Virus record (IMG/VR): IMGVR_UViG_3300032360_000004 | Location: 1 to 61,310 of that record | DNA length: 61,310 nt | Source of the DNA: a virus | Lineage: Duplodnaviria > Caudoviricetes | Direction: 5' to 3' (one strand) | In this document: one piece after another, positions 8,278 through 18,500 of the stretch | Numbering within the stretch: the first letter of the stretch is position 1 | How the letters are laid out: each line of letters opens with the position of its first letter | Position numbers and translations under genes: made by a program | Notes under the pieces: generated by a model | What the model saw: only the letters and a program-made list of their open reading frames with translations | Databases searched by the model: none | What the model was told of the DNA's origin: nothing

Positions 8278-11200
8278 ATGCCAGTTACACAGTGCTACCA
8301 TGAGGGTGCCCCCGGCTACCGCTGGGGGCAGCAGGGTACGTGTTACACGGGCTTGGGGGCCAAGGCTAAGGCAATCAAGCAGGGGCGTGCTGCAAGGGCA
8401 CAGGGGGCCACACAGGGGGCTACACACAACGCCAAACAGTCAACACGCAAGAAGGTAGCCAGCCCCTTACGGGCCGACCCTACCCGTACCACCACGCTCC
8501 GCCGTAGGTTTGAGACCGAAATGCGTAAGCGGTTTAACCGGCTAAAGGCGAAGATAAAACACCTATTAGTTGTGGAGGATGTGTTTGGACTACGGCCCAA
8601 AAACCTTAATCCATTAAGTATTGGCAATACGCTGGGGAGCCCCCGCAATGAGGCAACCATGGGGGTGGCTAACATTGGGCCTCCTGCTAACCACGCCGAG
8701 AGCATCTCGGCCTCCCCAGTATATAACCAGCGGTGGCGGTTCCTAACAGACGACGCCAAGGTGGACCAGTTTGGTCAGTGGCTGGGTACTCAATACCCAG
8801 ACATAGTACCAGGAGAACTAGGCAACGTGGACGACGCATGGTTTACAGCCTACACTGAGGAGGGCTACCGCAAGGGGGCAGGCCGGGCGTTTGACGATGT
8901 GCGTAAACCCATGCTAGCTAGCGGCAATGAGGGGAACATGAGTTGGTTCGCTGGCAGCCGGGATGAGTTTCTAAGACAGAGCTTTGCTCGCCCCGTGGCC
9001 ATAGGCAAAGTTAAGCTATTAGCTGGACGGGTGTTCACAGAGTTAAAGGGTGTGACACAGACTATGAGCCAGCAGCTAACCCGTGAGCTAGCGGACGGGC
9101 TGGTACAGGGTATGAGTCCCCGTGAGATATCCCGTCGCATGGCCAACCGGGTGGACAACCTCACCCGTACCCGTGCCAATGTTATAGCCCGGACAGAAAT
9201 AATACGTGCTCACGGTGAAGGCCAACTAGACGCCCTGGAAACCCTAGGCGTTGACAAGGTGGGCGTTATGGCTGAATGGTCAACCACTGGGGATGACCGG
9301 GTGTGCCAACTATGCCTACCCCTGGAAGGCTCGGTCCTGAGTGTTAAAGAAGCCCGTGGCCTGTTACCCCGTCATCCTAACTGCCGCTGTGCCTACGTAC
9401 CTGCCATGCCTGACTGGCTAGAGAAACCACCTCCCACCCAGCTACGTACCAAGGCCAAGGTAGATAAGGCTTTTGAGAAAAGTATAAGAGGGGAGATCCC
9501 CAAGGGGCAACTCCGTAAACGTAGTCTGGCCCAGCAGAAAGCCCGCAGCCGTTGGCCGGGTGCAGATAGGAAAATACGTAAACGTCCTCGTCGTCGGCCA
9601 GTAGATGTACCCCAACCCGGTGCCCGTGCTGGTGTACCTAAGGAGTGGATGGCTGAACTAACTGAAGCAGAGAAGGCTGAGTTTAAATCATTGGTCAAAG
9701 AGCGAGCCAAACTTAACAAGAGCATAAAGAACCTGGAGGGGAAACTTAGCGACGATGCAAGCAATGTCAGGGCTGCCTATAAGCAGCGGCTTGAAGTGGT
9801 GAAGGGGGACATAAAGGCATACCGTACCCTGATGAAAGAACGGACCGAGGCTAAAGGTATAAAGATCGCCAAGCACCAACCCAAGCCCAAGACTAAGAAA
9901 CCGGCAGCCCCCGAGGCCCACCCAGCTAGCCTAGTAGAGCCACCGGCACCTATTAGAAGCGGCGACATCCTAGATGACATTGCTAACAACCAATACCTGG
10001 ACGACATACAGCGGCAGGTTGTTGCCGCAGGGGATGATCCTTGGATTGAAAAGATGACTAGGGTTTTGGATGACAAGGTAGACGAATCCATAAAGGCTTC
10101 GGACAAGTTATATGACGAGATCCTGGAGGCCAAACAGAAATGGATAAACGCCAACCAGGACGGCATCGTAGGCTTCGAACCTATATACGACGTAGACGGC
10201 AGTAGAGTCCATGACTTTTTTGACACACTAGAGGGTCAGCGGTTTAATAAATTGGCTAGGGAACTGAAGGAAGCCACAACAGCCAACAGGCAGGCATTAC
10301 TAGAGCACCTCACAACAGGTAAGAATAAAGACGTGTACAGGATACTAGAAGTGCTGGAGGAAGACCGAGCACATATAACCTATACACGGGCAAAGACCAC
10401 CCATCACGACCCGTTTGCGGGTGGTAAAACGGTCAGCCACAAAAACAAAACGGATAATCTATTTAGAGCTAAAGCCGATGAAGCTAAGGACTGGCTAACC
10501 AGTCTGACCAGGAGACGGCAACAAGGGCTAAGCCCCGCACAGTTAAAAGAGCTTACCGAACAGATAGGCGACACCAAGAAACTCCTACATGATAACGAAA
10601 TGTGGCTGAAAGCAAAAACTAGGGATTTGGATGAGATGCAAACAATCCTTAGTGATTGGAGGAAAGCAGGAAGCCCATTAGACGATACTGGGCACATACC
10701 TATCACTGGGGAGTTTTCTGCTCAGTCAAACCAGTGGACCGACGCGAAACTTAGGATGAGGATAAAAAAGCTAGAGCTTGATCGAGATGTGTACTTCAAG
10801 GAGGTAGGAGAGACCAGACAGAAAATATGGAAACTAGAGGACGCCCAGAAAATTGCACAGACGGGGGGTAAGGTTGTAGAGTTTGACGGCTTCGACATAC
10901 CGTTGCACCGGCTAAAAACAAAGAAGCGGGCCTTCCAACGGAGCAAGCCTCAGACTACTCAGGGTATTTATTGTAGTGACACCAGCGACGTTAGCACGTT
11001 CATCCACGAGTTTATGCACCGCTACGAGGATGAGATACCGGGACTGCTTAAACAAGCTCAGCAGTTTAAGGATATGCGTATAGCCAGGAGCGGCAAGCCG
11101 GTTGTCAACTTTAAAAAGAAATGGCCGGGTTCCAACTATAAGCCTTATGAGGAGGGTAGTCCAGACGATTTTGAAAAAGTGTATAAGGCTATCGGCCGTA

Positions 11201-11370
11201 CTAGTGAATCGGCGAGTAGGTCTGCCCACTATGTGGGTAAGAGCTACGACGACGCCACAGAGATTTTAACCATGGGCATCCAGATGGTATATGAGAACCC
11301 GGTTGAGTTTGCGAGGGCTGACCCGGAGTGGTTTAAGTTTGTTGTGGGTATGTTAAAGGGGACTCTCTAA
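8278..11370 (+). CDS. Head morphogenesis protein (MuF/SPP1 gp7) with long C-terminal extension ending in an HExxH metallopeptidase-like domain
   Basis: RANVIARTE, WSTTGDDRVCQLC and PRHPNCRC MuF core; C-terminal TFIHEFMHRYE...TEILTMG. Confidence 0.85.
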   Translation: MPVTQCYHEGAPGYRWGQQGTCYTGLGAKAKAIKQGRAARAQGATQGATHNAKQSTRKKVASPLRADPTRTTTLRRRFETEMRKRFNRLKAKIKHLLVVEDVFGLRPKNLNPLSIGNTLGSPRNEATMGVANIGPPANHAESISASPVYNQRWRFLTDDAKVDQFGQWLGTQYPDIVPGELGNVDDAWFTAYTEEGYRKGAGRAFDDVRKPMLASGNEGNMSWFAGSRDEFLRQSFARPVAIGKVKLLAGRVFTELKGVTQTMSQQLTRELADGLVQGMSPREISRRMANRVDNLTRTRANVIARTEIIRAHGEGQLDALETLGVDKVGVMAEWSTTGDDRVCQLCLPLEGSVLSVKEARGLLPRHPNCRCAYVPAMPDWLEKPPPTQLRTKAKVDKAFEKSIRGEIPKGQLRKRSLAQQKARSRWPGADRKIRKRPRRRPVDVPQPGARAGVPKEWMAELTEAEKAEFKSLVKERAKLNKSIKNLEGKLSDDASNVRAAYKQRLEVVKGDIKAYRTLMKERTEAKGIKIAKHQPKPKTKKPAAPEAHPASLVEPPAPIRSGDILDDIANNQYLDDIQRQVVAAGDDPWIEKMTRVLDDKVDESIKASDKLYDEILEAKQKWINANQDGIVGFEPIYDVDGSRVHDFFDTLEGQRFNKLARELKEATTANRQALLEHLTTGKNKDVYRILEVLEEDRAHITYTRAKTTHHDPFAGGKTVSHKNKTDNLFRAKADEAKDWLTSLTRRRQQGLSPAQLKELTEQIGDTKKLLHDNEMWLKAKTRDLDEMQTILSDWRKAGSPLDDTGHIPITGEFSAQSNQWTDAKLRMRIKKLELDRDVYFKEVGETRQKIWKLEDAQKIAQTGGKVVEFDGFDIPLHRLKTKKRAFQRSKPQTTQGIYCSDTSDVSTFIHEFMHRYEDEIPGLLKQAQQFKDMRIARSGKPVVNFKKKWPGSNYKPYEEGSPDDFEKVYKAIGRTSESASRSAHYVGKSYDDATEILTMGIQMVYENPVEFARADPEWFKFVVGMLKGTL

Positions 11371-11660
11371 TGGCAGAAGCACAACGTATGGTGGCCATCA
11401 TAAAGGGTATGACCTGTGAGCTTACCCCGGATAGGGGCACGTGGCAGTGTATAGATAAGTACGGTTTGCAGGATCAGTTTACGAGCACCCGACTTAGGGA
11501 TGAATATGAGCTATGGATTAGCCGGGCTGGCCCGGCAATGGGTGAGCCGATGCACTTCGCATTCGTGGAAACCGTTAGGGTTTTCAAAGGCAAGATAACT
11601 ATAAACACACCCGACCCTGAAGTTAGTGAGTACGACATCGACAATACAGTAAAATTCTAA
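11370..11660 (+). CDS. Small protein coupled to MuF, candidate immunity protein
   Basis: TAATG stop/start overlap immediately downstream of MuF-CT. Confidence 0.55.
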   Translation: MAEAQRMVAIIKGMTCELTPDRGTWQCIDKYGLQDQFTSTRLRDEYELWISRAGPAMGEPMHFAFVETVRVFKGKITINTPDPEVSEYDIDNTVKF

Positions 11661-11689
11661 CCCCTTTACCAACCTGGAAGGAACTGAGC

Positions 11690-11860
11690 ATGGACAAGAT
11701 TAAAGCACTGTTGCGTAGCCGTAGGTTTTGGATGGCTGTACTGGGCACCGTGGCTGTAGTAGCCGACGAAGCCTTCAACCTGGACCCATCACAAGTAATG
11801 ACTATCGGGGGCATCATAGTAGCCTGGATAGTGGGCGACGCTCTACGTAAAACGGAATAA
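11690..11860 (+). CDS. Small two-TM membrane protein, holin-like (56 aa, not in ORF track)
   Basis: MDKIKALLRSRRFWMAVLGTVAVV...IGGIIVAWIVGDALRKTE; GGAAGGAA RBS. Confidence 0.7.
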   Translation: MDKIKALLRSRRFWMAVLGTVAVVADEAFNLDPSQVMTIGGIIVAWIVGDALRKTE

Positions 11861-11864
11861 CAGT

Positions 11865-12101
11865 ATGCGTGTGGTTACGGAGATACCCAAGGTCAATGGC
11901 CTACGGGCTACCCAACTAACACTAGAAGCGGAGAGCATAACCGATGAGCGAATACTAGGTGCTCTAACTGCCCTGACCTATTACGGTGGCGTGGGCACAG
12001 TGAACATACCACACAAGGAATGGGGATTTAGTTTTACCCTGGAACCCGGACCTTCCGACCTAACGGAGGAACTGTATGATGAATTCCCGGACGATGACTA
12101 A
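11865..12101 (+). CDS. Hypothetical protein
   Basis: 78-aa ORF tightly packed in the operon. Confidence 0.55.
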   Translation: MRVVTEIPKVNGLRATQLTLEAESITDERILGALTALTYYGGVGTVNIPHKEWGFSFTLEPGPSDLTEELYDEFPDDD

Positions 12102-12339
12102 CGGCTACACCCCCACACAGCAGGCCATGGTGGATGTGCTGGCTGACGGGCAGGCCCATACCCGGCAGGAGCTACACGCCTGCCTACCAGACGAGCTAGG
12201 CCCACTCAGCAACATTAACGCCCACCTGTGCAACGTGCGTAAACACCTACGCCCTATAGGCCAGGACATTGTGTGCGAGCTAGTTAACCGCAGGATCTGC
12301 TACCGCCATGTACGGTTACTGGCCAGTACACACGGGTAA
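12094..12339 (+). CDS. Winged-helix DNA-binding-like protein
   Basis: YTPTQQAMVDVLADGQAHTRQEL...INAHLCNVRKHL, an OmpR-C/wHTH-like pattern. Confidence 0.6.
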   Translation: MTNGYTPTQQAMVDVLADGQAHTRQELHACLPDELGPLSNINAHLCNVRKHLRPIGQDIVCELVNRRICYRHVRLLASTHG

Positions 12340-12409
12340 ATAGTAAGCGTTTATAACTAGGCACATTCCATTGCTAGTCCCGGCCAAAAGAACATACCCT
12401 AGGTAAGAC

Positions 12410-13690
12410 ATGGAACAAGTAACAGTTAACCTGACTGGCAGCACACGTAGAGAGACATTAAACGGACGGGAGCACATTGTTGCCCCACTCAGTTTAATCG
12501 TTCCAGGTGTGCTAAACGGTAGCCGTGGTCCGTTGTACTACCCCCCAGAGGAGGTAGCCAAAGACCCGGCTATATGGAACCACGTGCCTATTGTGGTGTA
12601 CCATCCAATAGTAGACGGGCAGCAGGTAAGTGCTCGCGACCCTGATGTGCTTAATACCCAAGGTATAGGCGTGGTCCTACGGGCTACTATAAGCAACGGC
12701 AAACTAAGGGCCGAAGGCTGGTTTGACGTGGAGCGTACCACCAAGGTGGACCCCCGTATACTGACCGCCCTGGAACAGGGCCAGCAGATTGAACTAAGCA
12801 CGGGCTTGTACACCGACAACACCCCAGCCCCATCAGGGGCAGCCCACAACGGCACAGCATACGACCGTGTAGCTCGCAACTACCGCCCTGACCACCTAGC
12901 TATATTGCCTGACCAGGAGGGGGCGTGCAGCATAGCCGACGGCTGTGGCGTGCTAGTTAATGATGCAGAAACCGAAACAGCCACTACCACCGAAGGAGCC
13001 AATAACATGGCCACAAAGTTGAACGACGAAGCTAAGGCAGCCGTTGTAAATGGCTTAATTGCTAACTGCGACTGCTGGGATGAAAAGGACCGTGAGGTTC
13101 TTAACACCTTTAACGATGGTAAGCTGCAAGCCCTGCAACAGCGGGTCGAGCAGAACCAGCAAACCCAACTGGTAGCTAACGCAGCGACCGCAGGGTTTGA
13201 GGACGAGGCTGGTAACAGTCACACCTATGACTCTGATACAGGTAATTGGAACAGCACCATGGCAGAAGTTGAAACCCCAGAACCGGAAGCCGTTGAAGAA
13301 CAAGAAGAAACGGTCACGGCCACTGAACCGCAGCCTCCCCAGACCACTAACGAATGGCTGGCCACAGCCCCGGTGGAAATCCAGAGTGCTGTACGTAATG
13401 CGATGGAAATTGAAGCCCGTGAAAAAGCACAGGTTATATACCAGATGACGGCGAACGTCTCGGAAGAGGCTAGGCCCGGTTTGGTAGAAGCCTTGCAAGG
13501 TAAGGAACTCGGTGAGTTGCGTACCTTGTCAGCACTGGCTCCAGCAGCCCCAGTCGCTACCCAGGAACCCACTGCTAGCTACGCTGGTGCAGCCGCACCC
13601 GTGGGCAACACGCAGCCTAGCGACTTTGATAAGGATGACCTTCTGCCCTTGCCCACTATTAACTGGGCCAAGGAAAACACTTCTAAGTAG
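12410..13690 (+). CDS. Prohead protease/scaffold (DUF2213-like)
   Basis: IVPGVLNG, YHP, IELSTG, PDHLAIL..EGACS..DGCG; acidic coiled C-terminal scaffold. Confidence 0.85.
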   Translation: MEQVTVNLTGSTRRETLNGREHIVAPLSLIVPGVLNGSRGPLYYPPEEVAKDPAIWNHVPIVVYHPIVDGQQVSARDPDVLNTQGIGVVLRATISNGKLRAEGWFDVERTTKVDPRILTALEQGQQIELSTGLYTDNTPAPSGAAHNGTAYDRVARNYRPDHLAILPDQEGACSIADGCGVLVNDAETETATTTEGANNMATKLNDEAKAAVVNGLIANCDCWDEKDREVLNTFNDGKLQALQQRVEQNQQTQLVANAATAGFEDEAGNSHTYDSDTGNWNSTMAEVETPEPEAVEEQEETVTATEPQPPQTTNEWLATAPVEIQSAVRNAMEIEAREKAQVIYQMTANVSEEARPGLVEALQGKELGELRTLSALAPAAPVATQEPTASYAGAAAPVGNTQPSDFDKDDLLPLPTINWAKENTSK

Positions 13691-13738
13691 TCCAGCGTTA
13701 TAACTAACGCACCTCACTAATCTACGGAGATGATACTC

Positions 13739-14209
13739 ATGGCCAAAGGTAACGAAATTGTTGTTAGTGGTAACCCCAAGGGGGTGTTCCTTGAGGGAAC
13801 TGTTGATGGCACGCCCAAACCGGGTGTCGTCATGCAAATCAACGCAGCCGTTGAACCAGTTGGTGGACGCCACGACTGGACTGAGTATGACACAGCCTCC
13901 TCCGGGGACCAGCGGCTTGTTGCTGTGCTGCTCCCAGACTCCCTACAGGGTAAGGCAGCAGATGCTGCCTATGTAGACGGTGACCGGTGCTTCCTGTACT
14001 GTCCCGTCGCCGGAGAAGAGCTTAATATGCTGGCTGATGATGACGGCACTCCTGCTTTTGCAATCGGTGACGTTCTGATTCTTAAGGACACGGTCGGCAA
14101 AGTGATTGCCACTACCGGCACCCCCGAGAGTGAGCCGTTTATTGTCTTGGAAACTAAGTCAGCTATTTCAGCGGATACACTTATCCACTGTATATACACT
14201 GGCCACTAG
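13739..14209 (+). CDS. Capsid decoration/cement protein
   Basis: Lies between the protease/scaffold and the MCP; small beta-rich protein. Confidence 0.65.
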   Translation: MAKGNEIVVSGNPKGVFLEGTVDGTPKPGVVMQINAAVEPVGGRHDWTEYDTASSGDQRLVAVLLPDSLQGKAADAAYVDGDRCFLYCPVAGEELNMLADDDGTPAFAIGDVLILKDTVGKVIATTGTPESEPFIVLETKSAISADTLIHCIYTGH

Positions 14210-14259
14210 GATCCTTCTAACCCCCTCCCCACACTTATACAACCTACAGGAGTACTACA

Positions 14260-15405
14260 ATGTTCGTCGACTATATCCTTAACGGGCAAGGCCACGGCAA
14301 TGTGGCCGAGCAGCTTGCTGGTACTGGGTTTGATCCCGGTCTGCTGCGTCCCTATATTGACGGTGGTGGTAACAAGTGTGTAACCGTTAATACGGGACGC
14401 ACTGAGTACGACGCCGACAGTGGTCAATACAAACCGCTCTTCGAAAAGAGACTGGTTAGCGAATGTGTTGCCAACGGGGTTAATAGCCCGGTGTTCAATG
14501 CCACCAGCCTGCGAAAGCAGGAATGGCTCCAGCTTGATAACGTGGTGCTGCGTGCAGCCCGCGAACGGCTGCGTGCCTGGAGTGACTTGGCCGGTGCTAA
14601 TAGCTTCGGTGGGTTCAACGGTATGTCCAAGATGATTCTTGAGCATGAAACCATGTCTGATCCCGGCGAAGCCGTGGTTGATATGGACGGGCTGACTGAA
14701 GGGCGTACAGACGCTCCTAGGTTCCAGCTTGAAGGTTTGCCGTTGCCCATCACTCATAGTGACTTCTGGTTTAGTAGCCGACGGTTGGCTGTTAGCCGTA
14801 ACACAGGTACACCGCTTGACACCACCATGGGTGAAGCGGCAGGTCGACGTGTTGCCGAGCAGATCGAGAAGACCTTGATCGGTACCGTCACTGGTGCTAG
14901 CTACGGTGTGGCTGCTGACTATAGCAATGCACCCACGGTGTACGGCTATACCAACCACCCGGACCGTAACACTAAGACCGACCTTACGGTGCCCGACGGC
15001 ACTAACGGGGCCACTACGGTGGACGAGGTGTTGGAGATGATTGAAACCCTGATGGGTGACAAATTCTTTGGTCCGTATATGCTCTACCATAGCACCGACT
15101 GGGATAAGTTCCTGGACGATGACTACCGTACCAATGATGATCGCACCTTGCGTGCACGCCTGCGTGAGATCGAGCAGATTAGCGACGTGCGTCGGCTTGA
15201 TTTCCTTACCAACACCTTCACCCTGTTGCTGGTGCAGATGACCAGCGACGTGGCCCGTGCCGTCAACGGCATGGACATTACCACGGTGCAGTGGGATAGT
15301 GTTGGCGGGATGCGTGTTAACTTCAAGGTTATGGCCATCCAGGTGCCACAGATCCGCAGCGACTTTAGTGGTAACTGCGGTATCATGCACGGCACCACGT
15401 CATAA
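14260..15405 (+). CDS. Major capsid protein (HK97 fold, encapsulin/Linocin-M18-like type)
   Basis: 381 aa; LRKQEWLQLD, PLPITHSDF, YGYTNHPDRN, FKVMAIQVP; strong AGGAG RBS. Confidence 0.85.
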   Translation: MFVDYILNGQGHGNVAEQLAGTGFDPGLLRPYIDGGGNKCVTVNTGRTEYDADSGQYKPLFEKRLVSECVANGVNSPVFNATSLRKQEWLQLDNVVLRAARERLRAWSDLAGANSFGGFNGMSKMILEHETMSDPGEAVVDMDGLTEGRTDAPRFQLEGLPLPITHSDFWFSSRRLAVSRNTGTPLDTTMGEAAGRRVAEQIEKTLIGTVTGASYGVAADYSNAPTVYGYTNHPDRNTKTDLTVPDGTNGATTVDEVLEMIETLMGDKFFGPYMLYHSTDWDKFLDDDYRTNDDRTLRARLREIEQISDVRRLDFLTNTFTLLLVQMTSDVARAVNGMDITTVQWDSVGGMRVNFKVMAIQVPQIRSDFSGNCGIMHGTTS

Positions 15406-15423
15406 CCCCACTAGGGGAAACCC

Positions 15424-15462
15424 GCTACCCGGTAGCCGTAACCTATGCGGTTGCCGGGTAGC
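15424..15462 (+). terminator. Long hairpin downstream of the MCP (terminator or stability element)
   Basis: GCTACCCGGTAGCCGTA-loop-TGCGGTTGCCGGGTAGC, with no clear U tract. Confidence 0.55.
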
Positions 15463-15509
15463 TGGGCCTACCCCGTTTACTACCTAACCACTCAACCAGG
15501 AGCGAGATC

Positions 15510-15896
15510 ATGCCAGCCACCTACCGACTCAAACGGGGCAAGCACCAGCAGACTGTTAGTGGCAGCACTGTGGTGTATAGTGCCCTGGACCCCGCAGGTA
15601 ACCCACGACCCGGCTTCAGCAAGGGCGATGAGTACGTTACCACCGACCGGGACTTGGTGGAACTGTTTGGCCCCCAGAAGTTTGACCGGGTGCCAGACGA
15701 CCAAGTGCCCTCGGCTGTTAGTAGCCCCAAGCAGGCAGAAGCGGCAGCAGTGAACAACCTGGAAGGGCTTGCCACCTTGACTGTTGCCGACCTACGCACC
15801 TTAGCCAACGAGGAAGAAATTGACCTGGACGGGGCTAAGCTAAAGGGCGACATCATATCTGTCTTAGAGGAAGCTGGTATATCCGCCAGCCTCTAA
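15510..15896 (+). CDS. Protein with C-terminal Rho-N/HeH-like domain
   Basis: LATLTVADLRTLANEEEIDLDGAKLKGDIISVL; GGAGCGAG RBS. Confidence 0.7.
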   Translation: MPATYRLKRGKHQQTVSGSTVVYSALDPAGNPRPGFSKGDEYVTTDRDLVELFGPQKFDRVPDDQVPSAVSSPKQAEAAAVNNLEGLATLTVADLRTLANEEEIDLDGAKLKGDIISVLEEAGISASL

Positions 15897-15917
15897 CCCA
15901 TACCGGAGTGTCCAGCT

Positions 15918-16325
15918 ATGGCACGTGCCACCGACGCAGACGTTAGGGCCATCTTAGATGACACCAGTGATATAAGCACCAGCGTACCTATACGTGCTGC
16001 TAACACACTGGTGGACTGGTTAACTAACACCTGTGACAACGCCAGCCTATTAACCACGGCACAGCTTCAAGAAATAGAGACGTGGTTAGCTGCACACTTT
16101 TATGCCCATGCTGATCCCCAGTTCGCCGCTAAGGCTACAGGCGGGGCCAGTGCTACATTCCAGGGCCAGACGGCAATGAACCTGTCCAGCACCCAGTGGG
16201 GCCAAACGGCTATGATGCTGGATGTAACCGGGTGCCTAGCAGCCCGTAGCAAAGGTGGCAACGTGGGCATGGCATGGCTGGGTAAGCCACCCAGCAGCCA
16301 GATAGACTACGACCAACGGGATTAG
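15918..16325 (+). CDS. Head-tail adaptor protein
   Basis: IETWLAAHF, LSSTQWGQTAMMLD; position in the operon. Confidence 0.75.
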   Translation: MARATDADVRAILDDTSDISTSVPIRAANTLVDWLTNTCDNASLLTTAQLQEIETWLAAHFYAHADPQFAAKATGGASATFQGQTAMNLSSTQWGQTAMMLDVTGCLAARSKGGNVGMAWLGKPPSSQIDYDQRD

Positions 16326-16329
16326 TACT

Positions 16330-16695
16330 TTGGCAGTTTTAGAAACCACCGCCCTGCACCAGAAAGCCGTACTATATACGGCTAATGGATTTGACGATTA
16401 CGGCGAACCCAAGGTGGATGCGGCTGTTGAGATAGATGTCCGTTGGGAAATAGGTAAGCACGAGGGCATAAGCCCCACGGGTGCTCCTATAGCTTTGGAC
16501 AGTACCGTAGTGGTAGACCGCGAAATAGCTATAGGCAGTGCAATATGGTTGGGAGCACTGGCAGACTTGCCCAGCCCTGTAACCAACCTTCGCACGGTAA
16601 TTGACTATGCGGAGATCCCAGATATAAAGGGCAGGCAGGTATACCGGACGGTTAGCTTAATGAAGCTGAGCGACGAGATACCCGCCAGTGCATAA
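16330..16695 (+). CDS. Head closure protein
   Basis: DDYGEP..., VRWE; position in the operon. Confidence 0.7.
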   Translation: MAVLETTALHQKAVLYTANGFDDYGEPKVDAAVEIDVRWEIGKHEGISPTGAPIALDSTVVVDREIAIGSAIWLGALADLPSPVTNLRTVIDYAEIPDIKGRQVYRTVSLMKLSDEIPASA

Positions 16696-16700
16696 CTATA

Positions 16701-16952
16701 ATGGAGGAAGAAAGAATACTAGAACTGGTTACGAGTCTGAAAGCACAGGTATCACAGTTACGAAAGCAGGTAGGTAAAATAGAGGAAGCTATGGAAGTCT
16801 ACCAGACAGAAATATCGGGGAACGATCGCAGCATGGGTATTCGTACACGGGTGGCTATTATCTGGCGTACTTATGTGTGGATCCTGTGCAGTGCTAGTGC
16901 CGTTGGTGGCAGTTTCATAACCTGGATGGTCATGCACCACCTACAGCATTAG
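16701..16952 (+). CDS. Coiled-coil plus C-terminal TM protein (holin-like)
   Basis: N-terminal heptads and a hydrophobic C-terminus. Confidence 0.55.
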   Translation: MEEERILELVTSLKAQVSQLRKQVGKIEEAMEVYQTEISGNDRSMGIRTRVAIIWRTYVWILCSASAVGGSFITWMVMHHLQH

Positions 16953-16961
16953 GAGAATACA

Positions 16962-17975
16962 ATGAGACAACCCATTACCTACTCCCTGCTGTACCTGTTG
17001 CTGCTGGTACCTAGCCGACAGGCAATAGCCCAGGAAGTACACCCGGCCAGCGTGCGTATAGCCAGTAACAAGACCACCTGTAGCGGCACACTAATTTCCA
17101 AGGACGTTACCACAGGCATGGTGCAGGGACTCAGTGCAGCCCACTGCTTTAAGAAGGGCAAGTCTCTAACCGTATACTTGCCCAGTGGTAGGACCGCCAC
17201 AGCCAACATTCTTAAACGCTCTGAAGGTGTCGACCTGTTGCTGTTTGCTTTCAAGGTAGACCAAGAACAGTTGTCCCGTATCAAGGTGGCCCCAGTTGCC
17301 AAGGGCCGTACACCGGGTGCCCGGTACTACGCAGTAGGGTTTCCAGGTGGGCAAGCTAAGCCAGCACGGGTTGACTTAAAGCTAGACATCCCAGGAGGCC
17401 CAGAGTCATGGACGTGGTACAACGTAGTGGGTGGGAAGTTTAGTTGGGGCAGCAGCGGGGGTGGTGTCTTTAACACCCATGGCCAACTGGTGGGCACTAT
17501 AGCTCGCACCAATACCGGTGACAGCTTTACCCGGTTGGGTGCTAACAACATAACGGACGTGCGTAAGTTCGCAGGGGTTGCCCCAGCACAGGCAGCCACA
17601 ATACCAGTGGCTGGGCTGCTTGGTGAGCACGGCAGCGGGGCTACGTACCCTGACCGGGTAGCCAGCGAAATGATACGGCAGCTACAGCAGCAGGTAGCTG
17701 ATTTAAGCCGTCTGGTTGCCGATCTACGGGCCGCAAAGCCCCCAGCCATAGTAACTGGCCCCCAAGGCCCAGCAGGCCCACAGGGGGCCACAGGGGCTGC
17801 CACAGCGGGGCTACCGGGTAAGCCGGGGCCAACAGGGGCAGAAGGCCCAGAAGGCAAACCCGGCATTCCAGGTGTCATACGTATAGAGGTGTACCGGCAA
17901 GGACGGCTAAATAAAACCATAGAGGATCTACGCACGGGAAGTACCGTGCGGTTAACTATTTCGGATAAGGAGTGA
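16962..17975 (+). CDS. Signal-peptide trypsin-like serine protease with coiled coil and collagen-like Gly-X-Y repeats
   Basis: Signal peptide ending AIA; triad LSAAHC / VDLLL / GSSGGG; GPQGPAGPQG...GKPGIPG. Confidence 0.85.
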   Translation: MRQPITYSLLYLLLLVPSRQAIAQEVHPASVRIASNKTTCSGTLISKDVTTGMVQGLSAAHCFKKGKSLTVYLPSGRTATANILKRSEGVDLLLFAFKVDQEQLSRIKVAPVAKGRTPGARYYAVGFPGGQAKPARVDLKLDIPGGPESWTWYNVVGGKFSWGSSGGGVFNTHGQLVGTIARTNTGDSFTRLGANNITDVRKFAGVAPAQAATIPVAGLLGEHGSGATYPDRVASEMIRQLQQQVADLSRLVADLRAAKPPAIVTGPQGPAGPQGATGAATAGLPGKPGPTGAEGPEGKPGIPGVIRIEVYRQGRLNKTIEDLRTGSTVRLTISDKE

Positions 17976-17979
17976 GACC

Positions 17980-18213
17980 ATGGCAGACAGTACACACGCA
18001 GGCGAAGGACATTCGGTAAACTTCAATGAAGTTATCGCACGCAGCCAAGCAACAACCCTGGACGGCATGGGTAAGATGTTCGGTTTGGCGACTGACTTGC
18101 AACGGGGCATCTTCGCTAAGAAGATGGATGAGATTGACCCGGTGCAGGCAGCAGCTATTAGGCAGGTGAGCCATCGCGAAGCACCAATTGGTATCGTGGC
18201 ACCATCTGCCTAA
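17980..18213 (+). CDS. Hypothetical protein
   Basis: 77 aa; AAGGAGTGAG RBS. Confidence 0.65.
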   Translation: MADSTHAGEGHSVNFNEVIARSQATTLDGMGKMFGLATDLQRGIFAKKMDEIDPVQAAAIRQVSHREAPIGIVAPSA

Positions 18214-18251
18214 GCAGGCTATTAACACCGAGGCCGTAAGAGGAGCGAGGG

Positions 18252-18500
18252 ATGACTACCACCACACTACGGTCTGAACAACTACATAGTCTGGCCAAAC
18301 GTGTTGAGCAGGGCACACCTATAAACGGTCCTGCCCTGCTCAACGCTATGGCTATAACACAGGTGGCCCATGATGCCGAGTACGCAGAACGCATCGACCA
18401 ACGGTGGCAACAACGTGCCGAACGACTACAGTCGCAACTGGATAAACTTCACAGAGTCGATACTGGAGGATCAGCGGCTGAACCGGGTAGCAGTGTGTAA
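18252..18500 (+). CDS. Hypothetical coiled-coil protein
   Basis: GGAGCGAG RBS at 18242. Confidence 0.6.
   Translation: MTTTTLRSEQLHSLAKRVEQGTPINGPALLNAMAITQVAHDAEYAERIDQRWQQRAERLQSQLDKLHRVDTGGSAAEPGSSV

Noticed and set aside
2881-8307. 16-nt direct repeat GTGCTACCATGAGGGT at 2881 and 8292
   Set aside because: A single 16-mer match in 61 kb is near chance expectation, and the second copy is coding.
14206-15390. 394-aa antisense ORF over the major capsid gene, and similar long shadow ORFs (e.g. 55448..56440, 38298..39029)
   Set aside because: They mirror well-supported genes on the opposite strand and have no motifs or RBS.
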